Source of the DNA: Eledone cirrhosa
Taxonomy: Eukaryota
NCBI GenBank assembly: GCA_964016885.1
Contig: OZ024755.1
Span: forward strand, 43,834,001 to 43,898,000
DNA length: 64,000 nt
Direction: 5' to 3'
The notes beneath the pieces are model-generated. The model ran no database searches. It was not told the DNA's origin and worked only from the letters and a program-made list of their open reading frames with translations. Position 1 is the stretch's first letter; every line of letters begins with the position of its first letter. Made by a program: the position numbers and the translations under genes. Shown here piece after piece: positions 14,101-29,300 of the stretch.

Positions 14101-17100
14101 CAGTATCAACATATACTGTGTACCACAGTTGACAGTACCAACGTATACTGTGTACCACAGTTGACAATACCAACATATACTTTGTACCACGGTTGACAGT
14201 ACCAACGTATACTGTGTACCACAGTTGAATGTACCAGAGTATAGTGTGTACCACACTTGACAGTCCCAACATATTCTGTATACCACAGTTGACAGTACCA
14301 ACATATACAGTGTACCACAGTTGACAGTAGCAACATATACTGTGTACCACAGTTGACAGTACCAACATATACTGTGTACCACAGTTGACAGTACCAACAT
14401 ATACTGTGTACCACAGTTGACAGTACCAACATATACTGTATACCACAGTTGACAGTACCAACATATACTGTGTACCACAGTTGACAGTACCAACATATAC
14501 TGTGTACCACAGTTGACAGTACCAACATATACTGTGTACCACAGTTGACAGTACTAACATATACTGTGTACCACAGTTGACAGTACCAACGTATACTGTG
14601 TACCACAGTTGACAGTACCAACGTATACTGGGTAGCACATTTGACACTACCAACATATACTGTGTACCACAGTTGACAGTACCAACGTATACTGTGTACC
14701 ACAGTTGACGATACCAACATATACTGTGTACCACAGTTGACAGTACCAACATATACTGTATACCACAGTTGACAGTACCGACATATACTGTGTACCACAG
14801 TTGACAGTACCTACATATACTGTGTACCATAGTTGATAGTACCAACGTATATTGTGTACCACAGTTGAGAGTACCAACATACACCGTGTACGACAGTTGA
14901 CAGTAAAAACATATACCGTGTACCACTGTTGAGAGTACCAACATAAACTGTGTACCACAGTTGACAGTACCAACATATACTGTGTACCACAGTTGACAGT
15001 ACCAACATATAATGTGTACCACAGTTGACAGTACCAACATATACTGTATACCACAGTTGACAGTACCAACATATACTGTGTACCACAGTTGACAGTACCA
15101 ACATATACTGTGTACCACAGTTGACAGTACCAACATATACTGTGTACCACAGTTGACAGTACTAACATATACTGTGTACTACAGTTGACAGTACCAACAT
15201 ATATTGTGTACCACAGTTGACAGTACCAACATATACTGTGTACCACAGCTGACAATACCAACATATACTTGTACCTCAGTTGAGAGTACTACCATATATT
15301 GTGTACCACCGTTGACAATACCAACGTATACTGTGTACCACAGTTGACAGTACCAACGTATACTGTGTACCACAGTTGACAGTACCAATATATACTGTGT
15401 AACACAGTTGACAATACCAACATTTAATGTGTACCACAGTTGACAGTACCAACGTATACTGTGAACCACTGTTGGCAATACCAACATATACTGTGTACTA
15501 CAGTTGACAGAACCAACATATACAGTGTACCACGGTTGACAGTACCAACATATACTGTGTACCACAGTTGACAGTACCAACATATACTGTGTACCACAGT
15601 TGACAGAACCAACATGTACCGTGAACCACAGTTGACAGTACCAACGTATACTGTGTTCCACAGTTGAGAGTACCAACGTATAGTGTGTACCACAGTTGAC
15701 AGTACCAACATATACTGTGTACCACAGTTGACAGTACCAACATATACTGTGTACCACAGTTCACAGTACCAACGTATACTGTGTACCACATTTGACAGTA
15801 CCAACATATACTGTGTACCACAGTTGACAGTACCAACATATACTGTGTACCACTTTTGACAGTACCAACATATACCGTGTATCACATTTGACAGTACCAA
15901 CATATACTGTGTACCACTGTTGACAGTACCAACATATACTGTGTACCACAGTTGACAGTACCAACATGTACCGTGTACCACAGTTGACATTACCAACGTA
16001 TACTGTGTACCACAGTTGACAATACCAACATATACTGTGTACCACAGTTGACAGTACCAACATATACTGTGTACCACAGTTGAAAGTACCAACGTATACT
16101 GTGTACCACAGTTGACAACACCAACATATACTGTGTACCACAGTTGACAGTACCAACATATACTGTATACCACAGTTGACAGTACCAACATATACTGTGT
16201 ACCACAGTTGACAGTACCAACATATACTGTGTACCACAGTTGACAGTACCAACATATACTGTATACCAGAGTTGACAGTACCAACATATACTGTGTACCA
16301 CTGTTGACAGTACCAACATATACAGTGTACCACAGTTGACATTACCAACATATACTGTGTACCACAGCTGACAATACCAACATATACTTGTACCTCAGTT
16401 GACAGTACTACCATATATTGTGTACCACCGTTGACAATACCAACGTATACTGTGTACCACAGTTGACAGTACCAACGTATACTGTGCACCACAGTTGACA
16501 GTACCAACATATACTGTGTACCACAGTTGACAATACCAACATATACTGTGTACCACAGTTGACAATACCAACACATATAGTGTCCCACAGTTGACAATAC
16601 CAACACATATAGTGTACCACAGTTGACAGTACCAACGTATACTGTGTACCACAGTTGCCAATGCCAACATATACTGTGTACCTCAGTTGAGAGTACCAAC
16701 ATGTACCGTGTACCACAGTTGACAGTACCAACGTATACTGTGTACCACAGTTGACAGTACCAACGTATACAGTTTACCACAGTTGACAATACCAACATAT
16801 ACTGTGTACCAGAGTTGACAGTACCCACATATACTGTGTACCACAGTTGACAGTTCCAACATATAAGGTGTACCACTGTTGATACTACCGACATATACTG
16901 TGTAGCACAGTTGACAGTACTAACATATACTGTGTACCACAGTTGAGAGTACCACCATATACTGGGTACCACTGTTGACAGTACCAACATATACTGTGTA
17001 CCACAGTTGACAGTACCAACATATACTGTGTACCATAGTTGACAGTACCAACATATCCTGTGTACCTCAGTTGTCAGTACCAACATATACTGTATACTAC

Positions 17101-18499
17101 AGTTGACAGTACCAACATATACTGTGTACCACTGTTGACAGTACCAACATATACCGTGTACCACAGTTGACAGTACCAACATATACTGTGTACCACAGCT
17201 GACACTACCAACATATACTTGTACCTCAATTGACAGTACTACCATATATTGTGTACCACCGTTGACAATACCAACGTATACTGTGTACCACAGTTGACAG
17301 TACCAACGTATACTGTGCACCACAGTTGACAGTACCAACATATACTGTGTACCACAGTTGACAATACCAACATATACTGTGTACCACAGTTGACAATACC
17401 AACACATATAGTGTACCACAGTTGACAGTACCAACGTATACTGTGTACCACAGTTGCCAATGCCAACATATACTGTGTACCACAGTTGAGAGTACCAACA
17501 TGTACCGTGTACCACAGTTGACACTACCAACGTATACTGTGTACCACAGTTGACAATACCAACATATACTGTGTACCACAGTTGACAGTACCAACATATA
17601 CTGTGTACCACAGTTGAAAGTACCAACGTATACTGTGTACCACAGTTGACAACACCAACATATACTGTGTACCACAGTTGACAGTACCAACATATACTGT
17701 ATACCACAGTTGACAGTACCAACATATACTGTGTACCACAGTTGACAGTACCAACATATACTGTGTACCACAGTTAACAGTACCAACATATACTGTATAC
17801 CACAGTTGACGGTACCAACATATACTGTGTACCACTGTTGACAGTACCAACATATACCGTGTACCACAGTTGACAGTACCAACATATACTGTGTACCACA
17901 GCTAACACTACCAACATATACTTGTACCTCAGTTGACAGTATTACCATATATTGTGTACCACCGTTGACAATACCAACGTATACTGTGTACCACAGTTGA
18001 CAGTACCAACGTATACTGTGCACCACAGTTGACAGTACCAAAATATACTGTGTACCACAGTTGACAATACCAACATATACTGTGTACCACAGTTGACAAT
18101 ACCAACACATATAGTGTACCACAGTTGACAGTACCAACGTATACTGTGTACCACAGTTGCCAATGCCAACATATACTGTGTACCACAGTTGAGAGTACCA
18201 ACATATACTGTGTACCACAGTTGACAGTACCAACATATACTGTGTACCACAGTTGACAGTACCAACATATACTGTGTACCACAGTTGACAGTACCAATGT
18301 ATACTGTGTACCACAGTTGACAGTACCAACATATACTGTGTACCACAGTTGACAGTACCAACATATACTGTGTACCATAGTTGACATTACCAACGTATAT
18401 TGTGTTCCACAGTTGACAGTACCAACATGTACTGTGTACCACAGTTGACAGTACCAACGTATACTGTGTACCACAGCTGACAGTACCAACGTATACTGT

Positions 18500-21400
18500 G
18501 TACCACAGTTGACAGTACCAACATATACTGTGTACCACAGTTGACAGTACCATCATATACTGTGTACCACAGTTGACAGTACCAACATATATTGTGTACC
18601 ACAGTTGACAGTACCAACATATACTGTGTACCATAGTTGACATTACCAACGTATATTGTGTACCACAGTTGACAGTACCAACATATCCTGTGTACCTCAG
18701 TTGACAGTACCAACATATACTGTATACCACAGTTGACAGTACCAACATATACTGTGTACCACTGTTGACAGTACCAATATATACCGTGTACCACAGTTGA
18801 CAGTACCAACATATACTGTGTACCACAGCTGACACTACCAACATATACTTGTACCTCAGTTGACAGTACTACCATATATTGTGTACCACCGTTGACAATA
18901 CCAACGTATACTGTGTACCACAGTTGACAGTACCAACGTATACTGTGCACCACAGTTGACAGTACCAACATATACTGTGTACCACAGTTGACAATACCAA
19001 CATATATTGTGTACCACAGTTGACAATACCAACACATATAGTGTACCACAGTTGACAGTACCAACGTATATTGTGTACCACAGTTGCCAATGCCAACATA
19101 TACTGTGTACCACAGTTGAGAGTACCAACATGTACCGTGTACCACAGTTGACAGTACCAACGTATACTGTGTACCACAGTTGACAATACCAACATATACT
19201 GTGTACCACAGTTGACAGTACCAACATATTATACTGTGTACCCTAGTTGAAAGTACCAACGTATACTGTGTACCACAGTTGACAACACCAACATATACTG
19301 TGTATCACAGTTGACAGTACCAACATATACTGTATACCACAGTTGACAGTACCAACATATACTGTGTACCACAGTTGACAGTACCAACATATAAGGTGTA
19401 CCACAGTTGACAGTACCAACATATACTGTATACCACAGTTGACAGTACCAACATATACTGTGTACCACTGTTGACAGTACCAACATATACCGTGTACCAC
19501 AGTTGACAGTACCAACATATACTGTGTACCACAGCTGACACTACCAACATATACTTGTACCTCAGTTGACAGTACTACCATATATTGTGTACCACCGTTG
19601 ACAATACCAACGTATACTGTGTACCACAGTTGACAGTACCAACGTATACTGTGCACCACAGTTGACAGTACCAACATATACTGTGTACCACTGTTGGCAG
19701 TACCAACATATAATGTGTACCTCAGTTGACAGTACCAACATATACTGTGTACCACAGTTGACAGTACCAACGTATACTGTGTACCACAGTTGACAGTACC
19801 AACGTATACTGTGTACCACAGTTGACAGTACCAATATATACTGTGTAACACAGTTGACAATACCAACATATAATGTGTACCACAGTTGACAGTACCAACG
19901 TATACTGTGAACCACTGTTGGCAATACCAACTTATGCTGTGTACTACAGTTGACAGAACCAACATATACAGTGTACCACAGTTGACAGTACAAACATATA
20001 CTGTGTACCACAGTTGACAGAACCAACATGTACCGTGAACCACAGTTGACAGTACCAACGTATACTGTGTACCACAGTTGAGAGTACCAACGTATAGTGT
20101 GTACCACAGTTGACAGTACCAACATATACTGTGTACCACAGTTGACAGTACCAACATATACTGTGTACCACAGTTCACAGTACCAACGTATAGTGTGTAC
20201 CACATTTGACAGTACCAACATATACTGTGTACCACAGTTGACAGTACCAACATATACTGTGTACCACTTTTGACAGTACCAACATATACCGTGTATCACA
20301 TTTGACAGTACCAACATATACTGTGTACCACTGATGACAGTGCCAACATATACTGTGTACCACAGTTGACAGTACCAACATGTACCGTGTACCACAGTTG
20401 ACAGTACCAACGTATACTGTGTACCACAGTTGACAATACCAACATATACTGTGTACCACAGTTGACAGTACCAACATATACTGTGTACCACAGTTGAAAG
20501 TACCAACGTATACTGTGTACCACAGTTGACAACACCAACATATACTGTGTACCACAGTTGACAGTACCAACATATACTGTATACCACAGTTGACAGTACC
20601 AACATATACTGTGCACCACAGTTGACAGTACCAACATATACTGTGTTCCACAGTTGACAGTACCAACATATACTGTATACCAGAGTTGACAGTACCAACA
20701 TATACTGTGTACCACTGTTGACAGTACCAACATATACAGTGTACCACAGTTGACATTACCAACATATACTGTGTACCACAGCTGACAATACCAACATATA
20801 CTTGTACCTCAGTTGAGAGTACTACCATATATTGTGTACCACCGTTGACAATACCAACGTATACTGTGTACCACAGTTGACAGTACCAACGTATACTGTG
20901 CACCACAGTTGACAGTACCAACATATACTGTGTACCACAGTTGACAATACCATCATATACTGTGTACCACAGTTGACAGTACCAACATATATTGAGTACC
21001 ACAGTTGACAGTACCAACATATACTGTGTACCATAGTTGACATTACCAACGTATATTGTGTACCACAGTTGACAGTACCAACATATCCTGTGTACCTCAG
21101 TTGACAGTACCAACATATACTGTATACCACAGTTGACAGTACCAACATATACTGTGTACCACTGTTGACAGTACCAATATATACCGTGTACCACAGTTGA
21201 CAGTACCAACATATACTGTGTACCACAGCTGACACTACCAACATATACTTGTACCTCAGTTGACAGTACTACCATATATTGTGTACCACCGTTGACAATA
21301 CCAACGTATACTGTGTACCACAGTTGACAGTACCAACGTATACTGTGCACCACAGTTGACAGTACCAACATATACTGTGTACCACAGTTGACAATACCAA

Positions 21401-23315
21401 CATATATTGTGTACCACAGTTGACAATACCAACACATATAGTGTACCACAGTTGACAGTACCAACGTATATTGTGTACCACAGTTGCCAATGCCAACATA
21501 TACTGTGTACCACAGTTGAGAGTACCAACATGTACCGTGTACCACAGTTGACAGTACCAACGTATACTGTGTACCACAGTTGACAATACCAACATATACT
21601 GTGTAACACAGTTGACAGTACCAACATATACTGTGTACCCTAGTTGAAAGTACCAACGTATACTGTGTACCACAGTTGACAACACCAACATATACTGTGT
21701 ATCACAGTTGACAGTACCAACATATACTGTATACCACAGTTGACAGTACCAACATATACTGTGTACCACAGTTGACAGTACCAACATATACTGTGTACCA
21801 CAGTTGACAGTACCAACATATACTGTATACCACAGTTGACAGTACCAACATATACTGTGTACCACTGTTGACAGTACCAACATATACCGTGTACCACAGT
21901 TGACAGTACCAACATATACTGTGTACCACAGCTGACACTACCAACATATACTTGTACCTCAGTTGACAGTACTACCATATATTGTGTACCACCGTTGACA
22001 ATACCAACGTATACTGTGTACCACAGTTGACAGTACCAACGTATACTGTGCACCACAGTTGACAGTACCAACATATACTGTGTACCACTGTTGGCAGTAT
22101 CAACATATAATGTGTACCTCAGTTGACAGTACCAACATATACTGTGTACCACAGTTGACAGTACCAACGTATACTGTGTACCACAGTTGACAGTACCAAC
22201 GTATACTGTGTACCACAGTTGACAGTACCAACGTATACTGTGAACCACTGTTGGCAATACCAACATATGCTGTGTACTACAGTTGACAGAACCAACATAT
22301 ACAGTGTACCACAGTTGACAGTACAAACATATACTGTGTACCACAGTTGACAGTACCAACATATACTGTGTACCACAGTTGACAGAACCAACATGTACCG
22401 TGAACCACAGTTGACAGTACCAACGTATACTGTGTACCACAGTTGAGAGTACCAACGTATAGTGTGTACCACAGTTGACAGTACCAACATATACTGTGTA
22501 CCACAGTTGACAGTACCAACATATACTGTGTACCACAGTTCACAGTACCAACGTATAGTGTGTACCACATTTGACAGTACCAACATATACTGTGTACCAC
22601 AGTTGACAGTACCAACATATACTGTGTACCACTTTTGACAGTACCAACATATACCGTGTATCACATTTGACAGTACCAACATATACTGTGTACCACTGTT
22701 GACAGTGCCAACATATACTGTGTACCACAGTTGACAGTACCAACATGTACCGTGTACCACAGTTGACAGTACCAACGTATACTGTGTACCACAGTTGACA
22801 ATACCAACATATACTGTGTACCACAGTTGACAGTACCAACATATACTGTGTACCACAGTTGAAAGTACCAACGTATACTGTGTACCACAGTTGACAACAC
22901 CAACATATACTGTGTACCACAGTTGACAGTACCAACATATACTGTATACCACAGTTGACAGTACCAACATATACTGTGCACCACAGTTGACAGTACCAAC
23001 ATATACTGTGTTCCACAGTTGACAGTACCAACATATACTGTATACCAGAGTTGACAGTACCAACATATACTGTGTACCACTGTTGACAGTACCAACATAT
23101 ACAGTGTACCACAGTTGACATTACCAACATATACTGTGTACCACAGCTGACAATACCAACATATACTTGTACCTCAGTTGAGAGTACTACCATATATTGT
23201 GTACCACCGTTGACAATACCAACGTATACTGTGTACCACAGTTGACAGTACCAACGTATACTGTGCACCACAGTTGACAGTACCAACATATACTGTGTAC
23301 CACAGTTGACAATAC
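18500..23315. repeat. Imperfect tandem duplication, period ~2.4 kb (~75 monomers; offsets 2,400, 2,397, 2,365)
   Basis: ORF pairs 18856/21256 (2,400), 19305/21702 (2,397, after a 3-bp insertion CATATTATACTG near 19225 in copy 1), 20175/22540 and 20296/22661 (2,365). Shared rare variants TATGCTGTGTACTAC and GACAGTGCCAAC. Confidence 0.85.
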
Positions 23316-25059
23316 CAACATATACTGTGTACCACAGTTGACAATACCAACACATATAGTGTACCACAGTTGACAATACCAACACATATAGTGTACCACA
23401 GTTGACAGTACCAACGTATACTGTGTACCACAGTTGCCAATGCCAACATATACTGTGTACCACAGTTGAGAGTACCAACATGTACCGTGTACCACAGTTG
23501 ACAGTACCAACGTATACTGTGTACCACAGTTGACAGTACCAACGTATACTGTTTACCACAGTTGACAATACCAACATATACTGTGTACCAGAGTTGACAG
23601 TACCCACATATACTGTGTACCACAGTTGACAGTTCCAACATATAAGGTGTACCACTGTTGATACTACCGACATATACTGTGTAGCACAGTTGACAGTACT
23701 AACATATACTGTGTACCACAGTTGAGAGTACCACCATATACTGGGTACCACTGTTGACAGTACCAACATATACTGTGTACCACAGTTGACAGTACCAACA
23801 TATACTGTGTACCATAGTTGACAGTACCAACATATCCTGTGTACCTCAGTTGTCAGTACCAACATATACTGTATACCACAGTTGACAGTACCAACATATA
23901 CAGTGTACCACTGTTGACAGTACCAACATATACCGTGTACCACAGTTGACAGTACCAACATATACTGTGTACCACAGCTGACACTACCAACATATACTTG
24001 TACCTCAATTGACAGTACTACCATATATTGTGTACCACCGTTGTCAATACCAACGTATACTGTGTACCACAGTTGACAGTACCAACATATACTGTGTACC
24101 ACAGTTGACAATACCAACATATACTGCGTACCACAGTTGACAATACCAACACATATAGTGTACCACAGTTGACAGTACCAACGTATACTGTGTACCACAG
24201 TTGCCAATGCCAACATATACTGTGTACCACAGTTGAGAGTACCAACATGTACCGTGTACCACAGTTGACACTACCAACGTATACTGTGTACCACAGTTGA
24301 CAATACCAACATATACTGTGTACCACAGTTGACAGTACCAACATATACTATGTACCACAGTTGAAAGTACCAACGTATACTGTGTACCACAGTTGACAAC
24401 ACCAACATATACTGTGTACCACAGTTGACAGTACCAACATATACTGTATACAACAGTTGACAGTACCAACATATACTGTGTACCACAGTTGACAGTACCA
24501 ACATATACTGTGTACCACAGTTGACAGTACCAACATATACTGTATACCACAGTTGACAGTACCAACATATACTGTGTACCACTGTTGACAGTACCAACAT
24601 ATACCGTGTACCACAGTTGACAGTACCAACACATACTGTGTACCACAGCTGATACTACCAACATATACTTGTACCTCAGTTGACAGTATTACCATATATT
24701 GTGTACCACCGTTGACAATACCAACGTATACTGTGTACCACAGTTGACAGTACCAACGTATACTGTGCACCACAGTTGACAGTACCAAAATATACTGTGT
24801 ACCACAGTTGACAATACCAACATATACTGTGTACCACAGTTGACAATACCAACACATATAGTGTACCACAGTTGACAGTACCAACGTATACTGTGTACCA
24901 CAGTTGCCAATGCCAACATATACTGTGTACCACAGTTGAGAGTACCAACATATACTGTGTACCACGGTTGACAGTACCAACATATACTGTGTACCACAGT
25001 TGACAGTACCAACATATACCGTGTACCACAGTTGACAGTACCAATGTATACTGTGTACC

Positions 25060-25650
25060 ACAGTTGACAGTACCAACATATACTGTGTACCACAGTTGAC
25101 AGTACCAACATATACTGTGTACCATAGTTGACATTACCAACGTATATTGTGTTCCACAGTTGACAGTACCAACATGTACTGTGTACCACAGTTGACAGTA
25201 CCAACGTATACTGTGTACCACAGTTGACAGTACCAACGTATACTGTGTACCACAGTTGACAGTACCAACATATAATGTGTACCACAGTTGACAGTACCAT
25301 CATATACTGTGTACCACAGTTGACAGTACCAACATATATTGTGTACCACAGTTGACAGTACCAACATATACTGTGTACCATAGTTGACATTACCAACGTA
25401 TATTGTGTTCCACAGTTGACAGTACCAACATGTACTGTGTACCACAGTTGACAGTACCAACGTATACTGTGTACCACAGTTGACAGTACCAACGTATACT
25501 GTGTACCACAGTTGACAGTACCAACATATAATGTGTACCACAGTTGACAGTACCATCATATACTGTGTACCACAGTTGACAGTACCAACATATATTGTGT
25601 ACCACAGTTGACAGTACCAACATATACTGTGTACCATAGTTGACATTACC
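25060..25650. repeat. Tandem duplication, period 256 bp (8 monomers)
   Basis: TATTGTGTTCCAC at ~25145 and ~25401; ATAATGTG at ~25272 and ~25528. ORF coordinates 25134/25390 differ by 256. Confidence 0.9.
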
Positions 25651-26346
25651 AACGTATATTGTGTACCACAGTTGACAGTACCAACATATCCTGTGTACCA
25701 CTGTTGACGGTACCAATATATACCGTGTACCACAGTTGACAGTACCAACATATACTGTGTACCACAGCTGACACTACCAACATATACTTGTACCTCAGTT
25801 GACAGTACTACCATATATTGTGTACCACCGTTGACAATACCAACGTATACTGTGTACCACAGTTGACAGTACCAACGTATACTGTGCACCACAGTTGACA
25901 GTACCAACATATACTGTGTACCACAGTTGACAATACCAACATATACTGTGTACCACAGTTGACAATACCAACACATATAGTGTACCACAGTTGACAGTAC
26001 CAACGTATATTGTGTACCACAGTTGCCAATGCCAACATATACTGTGTACCACAGTTGAGAGTACCGACATGTACCGTGTACCACAGTTGACAGTACCAAC
26101 GTATACTGTGTACCACAGTTGACAATACCAACATATACTGTGTACCACAGTTGACAGTACCAACATATACTGTGTACCACAGTTGAAAGTACCAACGTAT
26201 ACTGTGTACCACAGTTGACAACACCAACATATACTGTGTATCACAGTTGACAGTACCAACATATACTGTATACCACAGTTGACAGTACCAACATATACTG
26301 TGTACCACAGTTGACAGTACCAACATATACTGTGTACCACAGTTGA

Positions 26347-29300
26347 CAGTACCAACATATACTGTATACCACAGTTGACAGTACCAACATATACTGTGTA
26401 CCACTGTTGACAGTACCAACATATACCGTGTACCACAGTTGACAGTACCAACATATACTGTGTACCACAGCTGACACTACCAACATATACCTGTACCTCA
26501 ATTGACAGTACTACCATATATAGTGTACCACCGTTGACAATACCAACGTATACTGTGTACCACAGTTGACAGTACCAACGTATACTGTGCACCACAGTTG
26601 ACAGTACCAACATATACTGTGTACCACAGTTGACAATACCAACATATACTGTGTACCACAGTTGACAATACCAACACATATAGTGTACCACAGTTGACAG
26701 TACCAACGTATACTGTGTACCACAGTTGCCAATGCCATCATATACTGTGTACCACAGTTGAGAGTAACAACATATACTGTGCACCACAGTTGACAGTACC
26801 AACATATACTGTGTACCACAGTTGACAATACCAACATATACTGTGTACCACAGTTGACAATACCAACACATATAGTGTACCACAGTTGACAATACCAACA
26901 CATATAGTGTACCACAGTTGACAGTACCAACGTATACTGTGTACCACAGTTGCCAATGCCAACATATACTGTGTACCTCAGTTGAGAGTACCAACATGTA
27001 CCGTGTACCACAGTTGACAGTACCAACGTATACTCTGTACCACAGTTGACAGTACCAACGTATACTGTTTACCACAGTTGACAATACCAACATATACTGT
27101 GTACCAGAGTTGACAGTACCCACATATACTGTGTACCACAGTTGACAGTTCCAACATATAAGGTGTACCACTGTTGATACTACCGACATATACTGTGTAG
27201 CACAGTTGACAGTACTAACATATACTGTGTACCACAGTTGAGAGTACCACCATATACTGGGTACCACTGTTGACAGTACCAACATATACTGTGTACCACA
27301 GTTGACAGTACCAACATATACTGTGTACCATAGTTGACAGTACCAACATATCCTGTGTACTTCAGTTGTCAGTACCAACATATACTGTATACCACAGTTG
27401 ACAGTACCAACATATACTGTGTACCACTGTTGACAGTACCAACATATACCGTGTACCACAGTTGACAGTACCAACATATACTGTGTACCACAGCTGACAC
27501 TACCAACATATACTTGTACCTCAATTGACAGTACTACCATATATTGTGTACCACCGTTGACAATACCAACGTATACTGTGTACCACAGTTGACAGTACCA
27601 ACGTATACTGTGCACCACAGTTGACAGTACCAACATATACTGTGTACCACAGTTGACAATACCAACATATACTGTGTACCACAGCTGACAATACCAACAC
27701 ATATAGTGTACCACAGTTGACAGTACCAACGTATACTGTGTACCACAGTTGCCAATGCCAACATATACTGTGTACCACAGTTGAGAGTACCAACATGTAC
27801 CGTGTACCACAGTTGACGCTACCAACGTATACTGTGTACCACAGTTGACAATACCAACATATACTGTGTACCACAGTTGACAGTATCAACATATACTGTG
27901 TACCACAGTTGAAAGTACCAACGTATACTGTGTACCACAGTTGACAACACCAACATATACTGTGTACCACAGTTGACAGTACCAACATATACTGTATACC
28001 ACAGTTGACAGTACCAACATATACTGTGTACCACAGTTGACAGTACCAACATATACTGTGTACCACAGTTAACAGTACCAACATATACTGTATACCACAG
28101 TTGACAGTACCAACATATACTGTGTACCACTGTTGACAGTACCAACATATACCGTGTACCACAGTTGACAGTACCAACATATACTGTGTACCACAGCTGA
28201 CACTACCAACATATACTTGTACCTCAGTTGACAGTATTACCATATGTTGTGTACCACCGTTGACAATACCAACGTATACTGTGTACCACAGTTGACAGTA
28301 CCAACGTATACTGTGCACCACAGTTGACAGTACCAAAATATACTGTGTACCACAGTTGACAATACCAACATATACTGTGTACCACAGTTGACAATACCAA
28401 CACATATAGTGTACCACAGTTGACAGTACCAACGTATACTGTGTACCACAGTTGCCAATGCCAACATATACTGTGTACCACAGTTGAGAGTACCAACATA
28501 TACTGTGTACCACAGTTGACAGTACCAACATATACTGTGTACCACAGTTGACAGTACCAACATATACTGTGTACCACAGTTGGCAGTACCAATGTATACT
28601 GTGTACCACAGTTGACAGTACCAACATATACTGTGTACCACAGTTGACAGTACCAACATATACTGTGTACCATAGTTGACATTACCAACGTATATTGTGT
28701 TCCACAGTTGACAGTACCAACATGTACTGTGTACCACATTTGACAGTACCAACGTATACTGTGTACCACAGTTGACAGTACCAACGTATACTGTGTACCA
28801 CAGTTGACAGTACCAACATATACTGTGTACCACAGTTGACAGTACCATCATATACTGTGTACCACAGTTGACAGTACCAACATATATTGTGTACCACAGT
28901 TGACAGTACCAACATATACTGTGTACCATAGTTGACATTACCAACGTATATTGTGTACCACAGTTGACAGTACCAACATATCCTGTGTACCTCAGTTGAC
29001 AGTACCAACATATACAGTATACCATAGTTGACAGTACCAACATATACTGTGTACCACTGTTGACAGTACCAATATATACCGTGTACCACAGTTGACAGTA
29101 CCAACATATACTGTGTACCACAGCTGACACTACCAACATATACTTGTACCTCAGTTGACAGTACTACAATATATTGTGTACGACCGTTGACAATACCAAC
29201 GTATAATGTGTACCACAGTTGACAGTACCAACGTATACTGTGCACCACAGTTGACAGTACCAACATATACTGTGTACCACAGTTGACAATACCAACATAT

